64,000 nt of DNA. Source: an uncultured Bacteroidales bacterium (GTDB taxonomy: Bacteria > Bacteroidota > Bacteroidia > Bacteroidales > JAIOZK01). Of this stretch, positions 40,090 to 50,044 are shown piece after piece (within the stretch, counting starts at the first letter, position 1; the number at the start of each line of letters is the position of its first letter). The position numbers were made by a program, and so were the translations under genes. The stretch spans positions 30,725-94,724 of the forward strand of contig CAZJYD010000006.1 in the NCBI GenBank assembly GCA_964550205.1, read 5' to 3'. A model generated the notes under the pieces. It did no database searches. It was not told the origin of the DNA and saw nothing but the letters and a program-made list of their open reading frames with translations.

Positions 40090-41205
40090 ATGAAAAAAGC
40101 AATTGTATCGGTAATCAATGACCTTGTCACTGACCAGAGAGTTAACAAAACCTGCACTGCTCTTGCAAAGCTGGATTTTTCTGTTACCCTTGTGGGAAGA
40201 ATTAAAAAAGACAGTATACATATTGACAAAAGAAGCTATAAAACACACCGGATGAAGCTTATATTCGAAAAGGGTCCTTTTTTCTATGCCGAATATAATA
40301 TGAGGCTATTCTTATATCTCTTATTTCATAAATGTGATCTGTTATTTTCTAATGATCTGGATACTCTTCTGCCTAACTATATCATTCATAAAATAAAACG
40401 AATACCAATCATTTTCGATAGTCATGAATATTTTACCGAAACCCCGGAACTTGTTAACAGGAAATTTATTCAAAAGATATGGAAAAAAATAGAAAGATCC
40501 ATACTTCCAAAATTAGATGACATAATTACTGTAAATAAATCAATAGCAAAACTTTTTGAAAATGAATATGATATTGAAGTAAAAGTTGTAAGAAATATAC
40601 CACAAAATATAAATATAAAATCATTAAAAAGCAGAAAAGAACTTGATCTTCCTGAGTACAAAAAAATCCTTATTCTGCAGGGATCAGGCATTAATATTCA
40701 GCGCGGTGCTGAAGAATTGATAGAAGCAATGAAATATGTTAATGATGCCATCCTTTTAATCATTGGTGGTGGTGATATTTTCGACAAACTGGAAATACTA
40801 TCACAAGATTCAGTATTGAAAGAAAAGATCATGATAAAACAAAAAATGCTATATGAACAACTTTTTCACTACACAGCCAATGCCGATATAGGAGTTACCA
40901 TTGATAAAGATACCAATATTAATTACAGGTACAGTTTACCAAACAAATTGTTTGACTATATCCATGCCGGAATACCCGTACTGGCATCAAAACTGCCTGA
41001 AATACAAAAGATAGTTGAAAAATATGATATAGGCGAATTTATCCCTGATCATAATCCAAGGCATATAGGTGACAAGTTAAATGAAATGCTTCACAATAAA
41101 CAAAAATTGCAAAGGTGGAAAGAAAACATTATTTTTGCATCTAAAGAACTAACCTGGGAGCAGGAGGAAAAGCAACTTATTAAAATACTTAAAAAATATG
41201 CCTGA
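40090..41205 (+). CDS. glycosyltransferase (GT-B fold, GT4-like)
   Basis: N-terminal VINDLVTDQRV.K and C-terminal EALPNKLFDYIHAGIPVLAS-like segment (SLPNKLFDYIHAGIPVLAS), characteristic of GT1/GT4 enzymes. Confidence 0.7.
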   Translation: MKKAIVSVINDLVTDQRVNKTCTALAKLDFSVTLVGRIKKDSIHIDKRSYKTHRMKLIFEKGPFFYAEYNMRLFLYLLFHKCDLLFSNDLDTLLPNYIIHKIKRIPIIFDSHEYFTETPELVNRKFIQKIWKKIERSILPKLDDIITVNKSIAKLFENEYDIEVKVVRNIPQNINIKSLKSRKELDLPEYKKILILQGSGINIQRGAEELIEAMKYVNDAILLIIGGGDIFDKLEILSQDSVLKEKIMIKQKMLYEQLFHYTANADIGVTIDKDTNINYRYSLPNKLFDYIHAGIPVLASKLPEIQKIVEKYDIGEFIPDHNPRHIGDKLNEMLHNKQKLQRWKENIIFASKELTWEQEEKQLIKILKKYA

Positions 41206-42325
41206 AAAGCATATACACATTGTATCTTTCGACATACCTTATCCCCCTAATTACGGAGGAGTAATTGATGTATTCTATAAAATAAAGGCGCTACATCAAA
41301 CAGGCATAAATATTCACTTGCACTGTTATGAATATCCAGGCAGGGATCGTGCAGAGGAATTAGAAAAATATTGCTATTCCGTTGATTATTACAGGCGAAA
41401 AACAGGAATTATTTCGGCACTTAATATCAAACCTTATATCGTTGCAAGTCGCAGATCACAAAAACTACTTCGCAATCTGCTTAAAGATGATTATCCCATA
41501 ATCTTTGAGGGCATGCACAGTTGCTTTTACCTTGATCATCCCAAATTAAATAAAAGATTTAAGATATACAGGGAATCAAATATTGAACACCGTTATTACT
41601 TTAACCTCTTTAAAGCAGAAAAAAAACTGTATAAAAAACTGTATTATATTATAGAAAGCAATAAACTAAAACATTATCAAAACATGCTGAAGCATGCCAA
41701 CTTAATGCTTGCTGTTTCACAGTCCGATACAGATTACCTTCAGGGATGTTTTCCGGGAAATAAAGTTATTCATCTCCCAAGCTTTCATGCAAATGAGGAT
41801 ATAAAAATTAAACAGGGTAAGGGAAAATATGCTCTTTACCATGGTAATATTGAAGTGCCTGAAAACACACGTGCGGCTGAATATCTTATTAAAAATGTTT
41901 TCGACTCGTTAGATATACCATTGATAATTGCAGGAATGAATCCTCCTGAAGAGATCAAAAAGCTGGTGAACAGTTACCCCAGGGTTGAATTAATTTCAAA
42001 TCCTACTGATAAAGAAATGTTCGACCTCATCAGAGATGCTCACGTAAATATTCTTGTAACATTTCAGGCAACAGGTCTTAAGCTGAAATTGCTTAATACT
42101 TTGTATAACGGAAGGTACTGTCTTGTTAATGATAAAATGCTCAGCGGAACTAAATTGGCAGAGTTATGCAATATAGCTAATAATGCAGAGGAAATGAAAG
42201 CCAAAATACGGGAAATTGCAGAAAAATCTTTTTGCAAGGATGATATCTCTGGCAGGGAGCAAAAACTCAATGGGATGTATTGTAATAAGATAAATGCAAA
42301 ACAACTAGTAAGTTTGATTTCCTGA
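41198..42325 (+). CDS. glycosyltransferase (GT-B fold)
   Basis: HIVSFDIPYPPNYGGVIDVF N terminus and GT-B-like C-terminal half. Overlaps the upstream GT gene by 8 nt. Confidence 0.6.
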   Translation: MPEKHIHIVSFDIPYPPNYGGVIDVFYKIKALHQTGINIHLHCYEYPGRDRAEELEKYCYSVDYYRRKTGIISALNIKPYIVASRRSQKLLRNLLKDDYPIIFEGMHSCFYLDHPKLNKRFKIYRESNIEHRYYFNLFKAEKKLYKKLYYIIESNKLKHYQNMLKHANLMLAVSQSDTDYLQGCFPGNKVIHLPSFHANEDIKIKQGKGKYALYHGNIEVPENTRAAEYLIKNVFDSLDIPLIIAGMNPPEEIKKLVNSYPRVELISNPTDKEMFDLIRDAHVNILVTFQATGLKLKLLNTLYNGRYCLVNDKMLSGTKLAELCNIANNAEEMKAKIREIAEKSFCKDDISGREQKLNGMYCNKINAKQLVSLIS

Positions 42326-42979
42326 ATCAATGATCTCGCCATCTTCGCATTTTAATATTCTTGATGGAAATTTATGAATTAAGTTATAATTATGCGTAGC
42401 CATAAAAACAGCTCTTCCCGAATAACTTATATCCATAAGCAACTCAACTATACCGTTTGATGTTTGCGGATCAAGATTACCTGTTGGTTCGTCAGCAAGA
42501 ACTATTTCAGGATCATTAATTAAAGCCCTGGCAATGCCAACACGTTGTTGTTCTCCAAGCGATAATTGATGAGGCATTTTAAATCCTTTGGTACTTAAGC
42601 CAACTTTACCGAGCACATCCAGAATACGTGCCTGAATATGCTTTTTGTCTTTCCAGCCGGTAGACTTCATAACATATACAAGGTTTTCATTTACAGACCT
42701 GTCGGGTAACAATTGAAAATCCTGAAAAACAATACCTAGTTTTCTTCTTAAAAAAGGAATCTCCTTTCTTTTTATATTCCTGAGATGGAAACCGGTAACC
42801 TTTGCCCGTCCCTCTATTACAGGCAATTCAGCATAAATAGTTTTTAAAAGGCTGCTTTTTCCACTGCCTGTTTTACCAATCAGATATACGAATTCACTCT
42901 CATTTATAGTAAAAGATACATTGTTAAGCACCAGAACTTCTTTTTGGTAAACAGGCACTTTCTCAAAATGAATAACCAT
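42305..42979 (-). CDS. ftsE: cell-division ABC ATPase FtsE-like
   Basis: Walker [33 protein letters not shown], signature [14 protein letters not shown] (variant of LSGGEQQR), Walker [12 protein letters not shown]. Confidence 0.75.
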   Translation of the reverse strand: MVIHFEKVPVYQKEVLVLNNVSFTINESEFVYLIGKTGSGKSSLLKTIYAELPVIEGRAKVTGFHLRNIKRKEIPFLRRKLGIVFQDFQLLPDRSVNENLVYVMKSTGWKDKKHIQARILDVLGKVGLSTKGFKMPHQLSLGEQQRVGIARALINDPEIVLADEPTGNLDPQTSNGIVELLMDISYSGRAVFMATHNYNLIHKFPSRILKCEDGEIIDSGNQTY

Positions 42980-43007
42980 ATCAAACGGAATAATGAATTA
43001 CTATATA

Positions 43008-43682
43008 TTAAAAATCAGCCTTAATTAAATGTGTAACTCCAGCAATTACCATTTGCACAGCAATAACTGATAATATTAATCCCATAATACGGGATATAAC
43101 ATTAATGAATCCTTTACCGAGGTATTTAACCAGTTTATCACCACTAATAAACATTAAAAAGGTAATGAGACACATTACAGCAAAAATAAAAACCACTACC
43201 GATATATGTACTACAGGGCTTAGTTTTGTTGTTGCATTAGCTCCCACAAAGTTCATTGCAGTTGCTATAGTACCGGGGCCAGCCAAAATGGGCATACACA
43301 AGGGTGAAATAGCAACATTTTCATTGGCCTGTAAAACTTGTTTTCTGATATGTTCCTTGTGGTCATCTGTGCTGGGATGTTGGATATTTGAAGTTTTACC
43401 ATGAAGCATATTCATCCCTACAAAAAATAACAAAATGCCTCCCGTTATTTGAAAAGCTGGCAAAGTAATACCAAAAGCCTTAAAAATGAAATGACCTGAT
43501 ATACAAAACAGTGTAACTATTATAAAGGAATATAATATAGAGTGAAAAGCAATTTTTCTTTTTGTCTTTTCACTATCAATATTTTTAGTAAGAGAAATAA
43601 AAACAGGAGTATTTGCAACAGGATTCATTATCGCAAAAAATCCCATAAATACTGTGCCGGCAAAAAGTATAACTGGACTCAT
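43008..43682 (-). CDS. MarC family (UPF0056) integral membrane protein
   Basis: FFAIMNPVANTPVF N terminus, six TM helices, PLCMPILAGPGTIAT motif. Confidence 0.8.
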   Translation of the reverse strand: MSPVILFAGTVFMGFFAIMNPVANTPVFISLTKNIDSEKTKRKIAFHSILYSFIIVTLFCISGHFIFKAFGITLPAFQITGGILLFFVGMNMLHGKTSNIQHPSTDDHKEHIRKQVLQANENVAISPLCMPILAGPGTIATAMNFVGANATTKLSPVVHISVVVFIFAVMCLITFLMFISGDKLVKYLGKGFINVISRIMGLILSVIAVQMVIAGVTHLIKADF

Positions 43683-43816
43683 AATTAATTATTTTTTAAT
43701 TTACTTTTTGGTTCGTTATTAGCTGTGTATAGTAAATAGCTAAATTAATTAAATAAATCATAAAACCTATAAGTTCTCTAATTCAAAAATATTAAAATTA
43801 TTGATGAATACCTTGG

Positions 43817-44389
43817 TTAAACCAACCCGGAAAAACCCATAAATGCCAGTGATAATATACCTGCAACTACAAGGGCAATAGGAGCTCCACGCATTCCTTT
43901 AGGAACATCCATTAAATCCAGGTGCTCCCTGATTCCTGCGAACAGGGTCATGGCCAAAGTAAAACCTAATGCATTGGCAACAGCAAAAACAACACCTTCC
44001 AGCAGATTATAATCATTTCCAACTGTTAGCAAGGCAACTCCCATAATAGCACAGTTCGTTGTTATTAAAGGGAGGTATATTCCAAGTGCCTGGTATAAGG
44101 GGGGACTGACTTTTTTCAGAATGATTTCAACCATTTGAACCAAAGAGGCTATAACAAGAATAAAGCTTATTGTTTGCAGGAAAGTAATTCCGAAAGGAAT
44201 TAGTACATAATTTTGTATCAACCATGTAACTATTGTTGCTATTGTCATTACGAATAATACTGCTCCGCTCATTCCCACTGCAGTATTAACTTTTCCTGAA
44301 ACACCAAGAAAAGGGCAAATTCCAAGAAACTGAGCTAAAACAATATTAGTTACTAAAATTGCTCCTATAATTATTACAAAATATTCCAT
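43817..44389 (-). CDS. rnfA: Rnf electron-transport complex subunit A
   Basis: [30 protein letters not shown]. Last gene of an rnfBCDGEA-ordered cluster. Confidence 0.9.
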   Translation of the reverse strand: MEYFVIIIGAILVTNIVLAQFLGICPFLGVSGKVNTAVGMSGAVLFVMTIATIVTWLIQNYVLIPFGITFLQTISFILVIASLVQMVEIILKKVSPPLYQALGIYLPLITTNCAIMGVALLTVGNDYNLLEGVVFAVANALGFTLAMTLFAGIREHLDLMDVPKGMRGAPIALVVAGILSLAFMGFSGLV

Positions 44390-44399
44390 AGCCTTATAA

Positions 44400-44987
44400 T
44401 TAAGTAGTTTTCTTTATTTTATTCAGTAATGCTATCATATATCCCAAAACGATAAAAGCGCCGGGTTGAAGAATAAACACCAGTATACCATCTCCTTCAA
44501 TAAATTTGGCACCAAATAATGAACCGTTGCCAAGTATTTCGCGTATAGCTCCGAGTATTGTTAAAGACATAGTAAATCCCAGTCCCATTCCAAGTCCGTC
44601 AATTGCTGAAGATAAAGGATTATTTTTTGATGCAAATCCTTCTGCCCTTCCCAAGACAAGACAATTAACAACAATCAGGGGAATAAAAATACCAAGTGAT
44701 TCGAATAAGCTTGGCACGTATGCTTCCATAACCATTTCAACTATGGTGACGAAAGATGCAATAACCACTATAAAAGAAGGTATTCTCACTCTGTTGGGTA
44801 TAAAGTCCTTTACTAAAGAAACCACGATATTAGAACATAGTAGCACGAAAGTAGTTGCTATTCCCATTCCAAAACCATTAAACGCAGATGAGGTAACGGC
44901 CAGTGTCGGACATAAGCCTAACAATAGTACCAGAACGGGATTCTCTTTAATAAAACCTTTTGAAAAATTTTTCCATTGTTTCATCAC
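44400..44987 (-). CDS. rnfE: Rnf electron-transport complex subunit E
   Basis: [33 protein letters not shown]. Confidence 0.9.
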   Translation of the reverse strand: MMKQWKNFSKGFIKENPVLVLLLGLCPTLAVTSSAFNGFGMGIATTFVLLCSNIVVSLVKDFIPNRVRIPSFIVVIASFVTIVEMVMEAYVPSLFESLGIFIPLIVVNCLVLGRAEGFASKNNPLSSAIDGLGMGLGFTMSLTILGAIREILGNGSLFGAKFIEGDGILVFILQPGAFIVLGYMIALLNKIKKTT

Positions 44988-45568
44988 TTTTTCCCTCCTG
45001 TTGTTTTTTCATATGTTTTATATGCTCTTGTCAGAGCATCGCAAAAAGCTCTGGAGCTTATTGTGGCCGCAGTAATTGCATCAACGTTACCACCATCTTT
45101 TCTAACTTCCAGTTTGAACCTGGCCGGATTTTTTCCCTTGAATTGATCCCGGAAGTTCTGCGTTTCCATTTTCGTCCCTAAACCTGGTGTTTCCTTCTGT
45201 TGTAGTACTTCAGTATTAATTATTGATCCGTCAGGACGCAATCCAACCATAATTTTTATCTGGGTCGGATCATAACCTTTATTGGAATATGTTGATATGG
45301 CAGTTCCTACTAACTTATCATTTTTATATCCCATATTAAATACTAGTGAATCTTCTCCATTCTCAGGCATTACTTTAAAGGTATGCAGGCTATCGAATTC
45401 AGGCATCACCGAATTAATAGCTGCTTTTTCTTCGGCCTCCCTTGCTAATCTTATTGGTTCACTGGTTATGGAATAAATACCACCCAGGGCAAAAGAAGCA
45501 ATAGCTGTAATAATAAACAGTGTTAACAGCATATTTATAAATGAAGATTCTTTACTTTTATTTGACAT
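44984..45568 (-). CDS. rnfG: Rnf electron-transport complex subunit G (FMN-binding)
   Basis: N-terminal TM anchor. ETPGLG. Covalent-FMN motif [12 protein letters not shown]. Confidence 0.88.
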   Translation of the reverse strand: MSNKSKESSFINMLLTLFIITAIASFALGGIYSITSEPIRLAREAEEKAAINSVMPEFDSLHTFKVMPENGEDSLVFNMGYKNDKLVGTAISTYSNKGYDPTQIKIMVGLRPDGSIINTEVLQQKETPGLGTKMETQNFRDQFKGKNPARFKLEVRKDGGNVDAITAATISSRAFCDALTRAYKTYEKTTGGKK

Positions 45569-46604
45569 TTTTTACTACCTCCCCAAAACGTTTTGGTTTA
45601 AAAGCTCTGTTGATAAGTGGTGCAAACGCATTCATAATAACAATTGCAAATGAAACACCTTCAGGGTATGCACCCCAGAATCTTATTACCATTGTTATAA
45701 TACCACATCCTATTCCAAATATAATTTGTCCCTTTGGTGACATCGGCGAAGAAACCATATCTGTAGCCATATAAAATACACCAAGCATAAGTCCACCGGT
45801 TACCAGGTGAAATAATGGATTAACATAATAAGTAGGATCTATCAGCCAAAAGATACCGGCAAATATAAATGTTGTAAGCAAATACGAAGCAGGAATATGC
45901 CAGGTAATGATCCTTCTGTATAACATGTATATTGCCCCTATTATAAGAGCAATAGCTGATACCTCACCTAAGCAGCCTCCCATATTTCCGTATAATTCAT
46001 TAACATAATCAGGTATCTTATATACTATTTCCTTCCCGTCAACAATGGCTTTTGTTCCGTTTTCCATAATATCCTGAACCGTCCGGTCATTTTTCAAACC
46101 TTCCTTGATCATTCCCAATGGAGTTGGGCCGGTAACGGCATCAGTTATTTTTTGAGCAAATAAAGGTTTTGGAACTGGCCATGTAGTCATCTGAACCGGA
46201 AAGGAAATAAGCAGAAATATCCTTCCCACAAGTGCAGGATTAAACGGATTTTTCCCCAAACCACCAAAAGACATCTTAGCAATACCAATAGAAACAAATG
46301 CTCCTATGGCTAATATCCACCACGGTATATTGGCAGGGACGTTAAATGCAAGTAAAATACCAGTAACCAATGCTGATCCGTCATTTATTGTTAATGGCCC
46401 CTTAATTATATACTTCTGTATAACCCATTCAAAGAACATACATGATAATGCAGATATCAGCAGTACCCGCAATGCATCTATTCCAAAAAAATAAACAGAA
46501 ACCAGGATTGCAGGTATCATGGCATACACAACACCATACATTAGCTTTTTCACCGAAATATCTCCGTGAACATGAGGAGAACCCGATACCGTAAGTACAC
46601 TCAT
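45558..46604 (-). CDS. rnfD: Rnf electron-transport complex subunit D
   Basis: SGSPHV..., FNPALVGR, MATDMVSSP motifs. ~10 TM helices. Confidence 0.9.
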   Translation of the reverse strand: MSVLTVSGSPHVHGDISVKKLMYGVVYAMIPAILVSVYFFGIDALRVLLISALSCMFFEWVIQKYIIKGPLTINDGSALVTGILLAFNVPANIPWWILAIGAFVSIGIAKMSFGGLGKNPFNPALVGRIFLLISFPVQMTTWPVPKPLFAQKITDAVTGPTPLGMIKEGLKNDRTVQDIMENGTKAIVDGKEIVYKIPDYVNELYGNMGGCLGEVSAIALIIGAIYMLYRRIITWHIPASYLLTTFIFAGIFWLIDPTYYVNPLFHLVTGGLMLGVFYMATDMVSSPMSPKGQIIFGIGCGIITMVIRFWGAYPEGVSFAIVIMNAFAPLINRAFKPKRFGEVVKNVK

Positions 46605-46607
46605 ATC

Positions 46608-47945
46608 TTATTTTTTACCTCTGTTTCTAATAATTTGACCAACTTTTGTTTTTCCAACTCTTATATAATCTAATAGGGGCCTGCCCGAAGGACAAATATA
46701 ATGACAAGATCCACACTCCATGCAATCCATTATACGCTGCTTTTCCGTCTCATCCCATATTTCATGTTCGGCAAGCTGTGCAAGCAATATCGGCTCAAGG
46801 CCCATCGGGCATACTTGTATGCATCTCCCACATCGTATACAGGGTTTTACAGGTACCCTTTCGGATTTGGATTCATCAAACAGTAGAATACCGGAAGTTC
46901 CTTTTACGACAGGTGTATCCAGTAAAGTTAACGCCTTACCCATCATTGGACCACCTGAGACAATCTTGCCTGTTGCTTCCGGTAAGCCACCAATACTATT
47001 TAATAATTCACTAACAGGAGTTCCTATCCTGACAAGAAAATTCTGTGGCTCCTTGACATTGCTTCCTGTAACTGTTACTACTCTCTCAAAAAGCGGTTTA
47101 TTTTTTTGAATTCCCTCATATACGGCAAAGGCTGTTCCTACATTATTTACAACACATCCTACCTCAATTGGCAACTTTCCGGAAGGCACTTCGCGACCGG
47201 TAAGTGCATTTATCAATTGCTTTTCTCCACCCTGTGGATATTTAACCTTCAGACCATAGATTTCAATATCATCATATTTTAGAGCAATCTCCGATAAATT
47301 GGTAATGGCATCGGGTTTATTATTCTCAATACCTATCATGCATTTGTCAACACCAAGGCCTTTCATCAATATTCTTGCCCCTATTACTATCTCTTCACCC
47401 TTTTCAAGCATCAGTTCATGATCCGAAGTCAAAAAGGGCTCACATTCCACTCCGTTCAGTATTAAATATTCTGCTTTTTTACCTTCAGGCACCATCAGCT
47501 TAACATGGGAAGGAAAGGTAGCACCCCCCATTCCAACAATGCCCATTTCTTTAACCTTTTTAATTATTTCATCTCTGGAAAGAGTAATTTCACTTTTAAT
47601 ACTATCAGAACGATCGATGTCTTCATACCATTCATCTCCTTCAACATTAATTATAATGGCAGGTTTCTTGTATCCACTTTGATCAACAACATTATCAATT
47701 TTCAATACTTTACCGGAAACAGAAGAATGAATATTAGCCGAAATAAAAGCTTCCCCTTTTGCTATCAGCTGTCCAACTTTTACAGTATCTCCTTTTGCTA
47801 CGACTGGTTTGGAAGGAGCTCCTAAATTTTGTGAAGTTGGTATAAAAACCTGTTTTGGTATTGATATGGTTTTTATTTCTTTTCCTGCAGAAAGTTTATT
47901 TTCTTCCGGATGAACACCACCTAATTTAAATGTTTTCAATCTCAC
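46608..47945 (-). CDS. rnfC: Rnf electron-transport complex subunit C
   Basis: GGVHPEENK, GMGGATFP, NGVECEPFLTSD, two ferredoxin motifs (CIRCGRCIQVCP, CMECGSCHYICP). A GTG at 47945 (MRLKTFKLGGVHP) is preferred over the track ATG at 48053, which lies inside rnfB. Confidence 0.88.
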   Translation of the reverse strand: MRLKTFKLGGVHPEENKLSAGKEIKTISIPKQVFIPTSQNLGAPSKPVVAKGDTVKVGQLIAKGEAFISANIHSSVSGKVLKIDNVVDQSGYKKPAIIINVEGDEWYEDIDRSDSIKSEITLSRDEIIKKVKEMGIVGMGGATFPSHVKLMVPEGKKAEYLILNGVECEPFLTSDHELMLEKGEEIVIGARILMKGLGVDKCMIGIENNKPDAITNLSEIALKYDDIEIYGLKVKYPQGGEKQLINALTGREVPSGKLPIEVGCVVNNVGTAFAVYEGIQKNKPLFERVVTVTGSNVKEPQNFLVRIGTPVSELLNSIGGLPEATGKIVSGGPMMGKALTLLDTPVVKGTSGILLFDESKSERVPVKPCIRCGRCIQVCPMGLEPILLAQLAEHEIWDETEKQRIMDCMECGSCHYICPSGRPLLDYIRVGKTKVGQIIRNRGKK

Positions 47946-47970
47946 TATCCTTCCTTTTTTTATTTGGAAA

Positions 47971-48909
47971 TTATTGCTTTTTCTCAGATTTATTCTCTTC
48001 TTGTTTTTTATTATTAGCTGATTCCTTCTTTGGTTCAGTTTTTTTCCCTGCACTATCCTTATCTTTCTTTGTTTTGCCCGGTGGAAAATTTATTTCGTGT
48101 ATGGCTCCTGTAGGACATTCAGACACACATTTTCTGCATAGTTTACATTTCTCGTAATCAATATATGCAAGATTATTTTTCATGGTGATAGCATCAAAGG
48201 GACAAACATTATAGCATTTTTTGCAACCGATGCAGGCTACTTTGCAATTTTTTCTGGCAGGGCCACCTTTTTCTTCGTTAATACATGAAACATATATTCT
48301 TCTGTTTTTCTTACCTTTATTTCTAAGTTCAATAATATCCCGTGGGCAGGCTTCAACGCATGCACCACAAGCAACACAATTATCTTCAATAACAACAGGA
48401 AGGTTAGTTTTTTCATCCATGTACATGGCATCAAAATCACATGCTTCAACACAATCTCCCAAACCCAGACAACCATAAGGACATCCGCTTTCACCATGAA
48501 ACAAATTATTGGCAAATGAGCATGTTGCAGGACCGTCATACTTTACTTTTTTGGGAGCATTTTGTAAGCTGCCATTGCATCGCACAACAGCTACTTTAGG
48601 TTCCTTTTCCTCAACTTCCAAGCCCATAACATCCGCAACTATATTCATTACATCACTTCCTCCCACAGGACAATTTAATCCTTCCAGGTTTCCTTCTTTT
48701 TTTGCCTTTGATACAATAGCTTCAGCGAAATTACGACAACCTGCAAATCCACATCCTCCACAATTAGCACCCGGAAGCTGTTCCTCAACATCATCAATCC
48801 TTGGATCATCAATAACCTTGAATTTACGGGCAACAAAGTATAATACCACAGCAGCAATAATCCCCAATGCACTTAACGTTACTATAGCATAAATTATAAC
48901 TTCGTTCAC
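47971..48909 (-). CDS. rnfB: Rnf electron-transport complex subunit B (polyferredoxin) with lysine-rich C-terminal tail
   Basis: N-terminal TM helix, NCGGCGFAGC, several CxxCxxCxxxCP motifs. GTG start preceded by AAGGAG. The last ~40 aa are K/E-rich. Confidence 0.88.
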   Translation of the reverse strand: MNEVIIYAIVTLSALGIIAAVVLYFVARKFKVIDDPRIDDVEEQLPGANCGGCGFAGCRNFAEAIVSKAKKEGNLEGLNCPVGGSDVMNIVADVMGLEVEEKEPKVAVVRCNGSLQNAPKKVKYDGPATCSFANNLFHGESGCPYGCLGLGDCVEACDFDAMYMDEKTNLPVVIEDNCVACGACVEACPRDIIELRNKGKKNRRIYVSCINEEKGGPARKNCKVACIGCKKCYNVCPFDAITMKNNLAYIDYEKCKLCRKCVSECPTGAIHEINFPPGKTKKDKDSAGKKTEPKKESANNKKQEENKSEKKQ

Positions 48910-48914
48910 TTATT

Positions 48915-48920
48915 CTCCTT
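48915..48920 (-). promoter_or_regulatory. Shine-Dalgarno-like AAGGAG upstream of the rnfB GTG start
   Basis: The minus strand reads AAAGAAAGGAGAATAAGTG, leaving 5 nt between GGAG and GTG. By eye, other genes in the window lack such a sequence. Confidence 0.5.
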
Positions 48921-48972
48921 TCTTTGATTAATTACACTTCCTCTTCATAAGAAAACATTGTAATTATAATAC

Positions 48973-48988
48973 TGTGAAAAAATTCACG
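48973..48988. promoter_or_regulatory. CRP/FNR-family-type palindrome TGTGA-N6-TCACG
   Basis: Sequence TGTGAAAAAATTCACG. It begins 2 nt downstream (in the rnf direction) of a TAAATTTG -7 box (48990-48997, minus strand), so it overlaps the predicted rnfB transcription start. Confidence 0.45.
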
Positions 48989-48989
48989 G

Positions 48990-48997
48990 CAAATTTA
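48990..48997 (-). promoter_or_regulatory. -7 promoter box (TAAATTTG) for the rnf operon
   Basis: TAnnTTTG match on the minus strand, ~80 nt upstream of the rnfB start. Confidence 0.4.
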
Positions 48998-49094
48998 TAA
49001 ACAAATATGAAACAAGAATGCATCAAGAAATTTCTAAATTATATAGCATTGTTATTTAAATTCACTATAAATTGAATTAAGAAGAACAATAAAT

Positions 49095-49787
49095 TTAACC
49101 ATTTCTACTGATTAGGGCAAGAGAATTCTTATTAATGATCTTTATCTTTTTCTTTTCAAAATTAATTATCTTATCCTCTTTAAATTCAGAAAGTATACGA
49201 ATGGCACTCTCAACAGAAATACCCGCCATCTCGGCAATATGTTTTCTGGTAATATTACTGTTGATCATCTCAAACTCATCACTGTCGATATAAAGAAGAA
49301 CTTCGGCAAGCCGACCATGCATGTTTTTGTTGTTGATATTTCTGAGCTTATTGAATATTTCTTCATCATTTTTGCAATACCATTTAATTATCTCCTGTGC
49401 AAAATCGTTATTGGATGCTATTAGCTTTTTAAAATCATCTTTTTTTATCAAGCACAAAATCGTATCAGTAATAGCAGAAACGGAATAATAACAATGTTCC
49501 TTAACACAAAAAAGTGATGATAAACCAATGTACTCCGAAGGTTTTAATATTTTAACAATGAGGTTTTTATTGCTCGGACCTTCGAGATATTTAATTGCAT
49601 AACCTTTTACGATATACATTATATTTGATGAAAAGGAACCCTGTTTGTATATTGTTTCTCCCTTCCTGTATTTGATCTGGGCTTTGTTTTGGTTAATGAA
49701 CTCAAGCTCAGATTTTATAAGCTTATTAAAACATTCAGACTGATATTTACAATCAATACAATTGATCTTTTCTAGCGATAACGACAT
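49095..49787 (-). CDS. Crp/Fnr family transcription factor with an FNR-type four-cysteine signature
   Basis: cNMP-binding-like beta-roll (YRKGETIYKQG) and C-terminal HTH (IAEMAGISVESAIRILSEF). Cysteines C10-x2-C13-x5-C19 plus C112 mirror E. coli FNR C20-x2-C23-x5-C29 plus C122. Confidence 0.75.
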   Translation of the reverse strand: MSLSLEKINCIDCKYQSECFNKLIKSELEFINQNKAQIKYRKGETIYKQGSFSSNIMYIVKGYAIKYLEGPSNKNLIVKILKPSEYIGLSSLFCVKEHCYYSVSAITDTILCLIKKDDFKKLIASNNDFAQEIIKWYCKNDEEIFNKLRNINNKNMHGRLAEVLLYIDSDEFEMINSNITRKHIAEMAGISVESAIRILSEFKEDKIINFEKKKIKIINKNSLALISRNG

Positions 49788-49843
49788 CTTTCAAGCTTTT
49801 AATCATTAATAAATTTTTTTGCCCAATGCTAAACAATAGCCTG

Positions 49844-49851
49844 CAAATATA
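49844..49851 (-). promoter_or_regulatory. -7 promoter box (TATATTTG) for the FNR-like gene
   Basis: TAnnTTTG match on the minus strand in the divergent intergenic region. Confidence 0.4.
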
Positions 49852-49997
49852 TCATTAATCGATTTAAAAAATACATAATATTTATTGTCAAATAAGATAT
49901 AATTTACTGCAAAATATCATAAAATATAATGCTATAATTCATCAATTATTGTAACAACATACATGCTGTATTCAACCGAAACAAATACTTTCCATTA

Positions 49998-50005
49998 TAA
50001 TTTTG
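49998..50005 (+). promoter_or_regulatory. -7 promoter box (TAATTTTG) for the second Crp/Fnr gene
   Basis: TAnnTTTG match 39 nt upstream of the ATG at 50045. Confidence 0.4.
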
Positions 50006-50044
50006 TAATGGTATATTAGAATGTTCAACAAATAGGATAAAGCC

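Noticed and set aside
47946-48053. N-terminal 36-aa extension of RnfC from the ATG at 48053
   Set aside because: It lies inside rnfB in another frame. The conserved RnfC N terminus begins at the GTG at 47945, leaving a sensible 25-nt gap after the rnfB stop.
44506-48892. Multiple 60-190-aa plus-strand ORFs across the rnf operon (for example 44506-45075, 46720-47109, 48509-48892)
   Set aside because: All lie antisense to strongly supported Rnf subunit genes and have no recognisable motifs. They are typical shadow ORFs.
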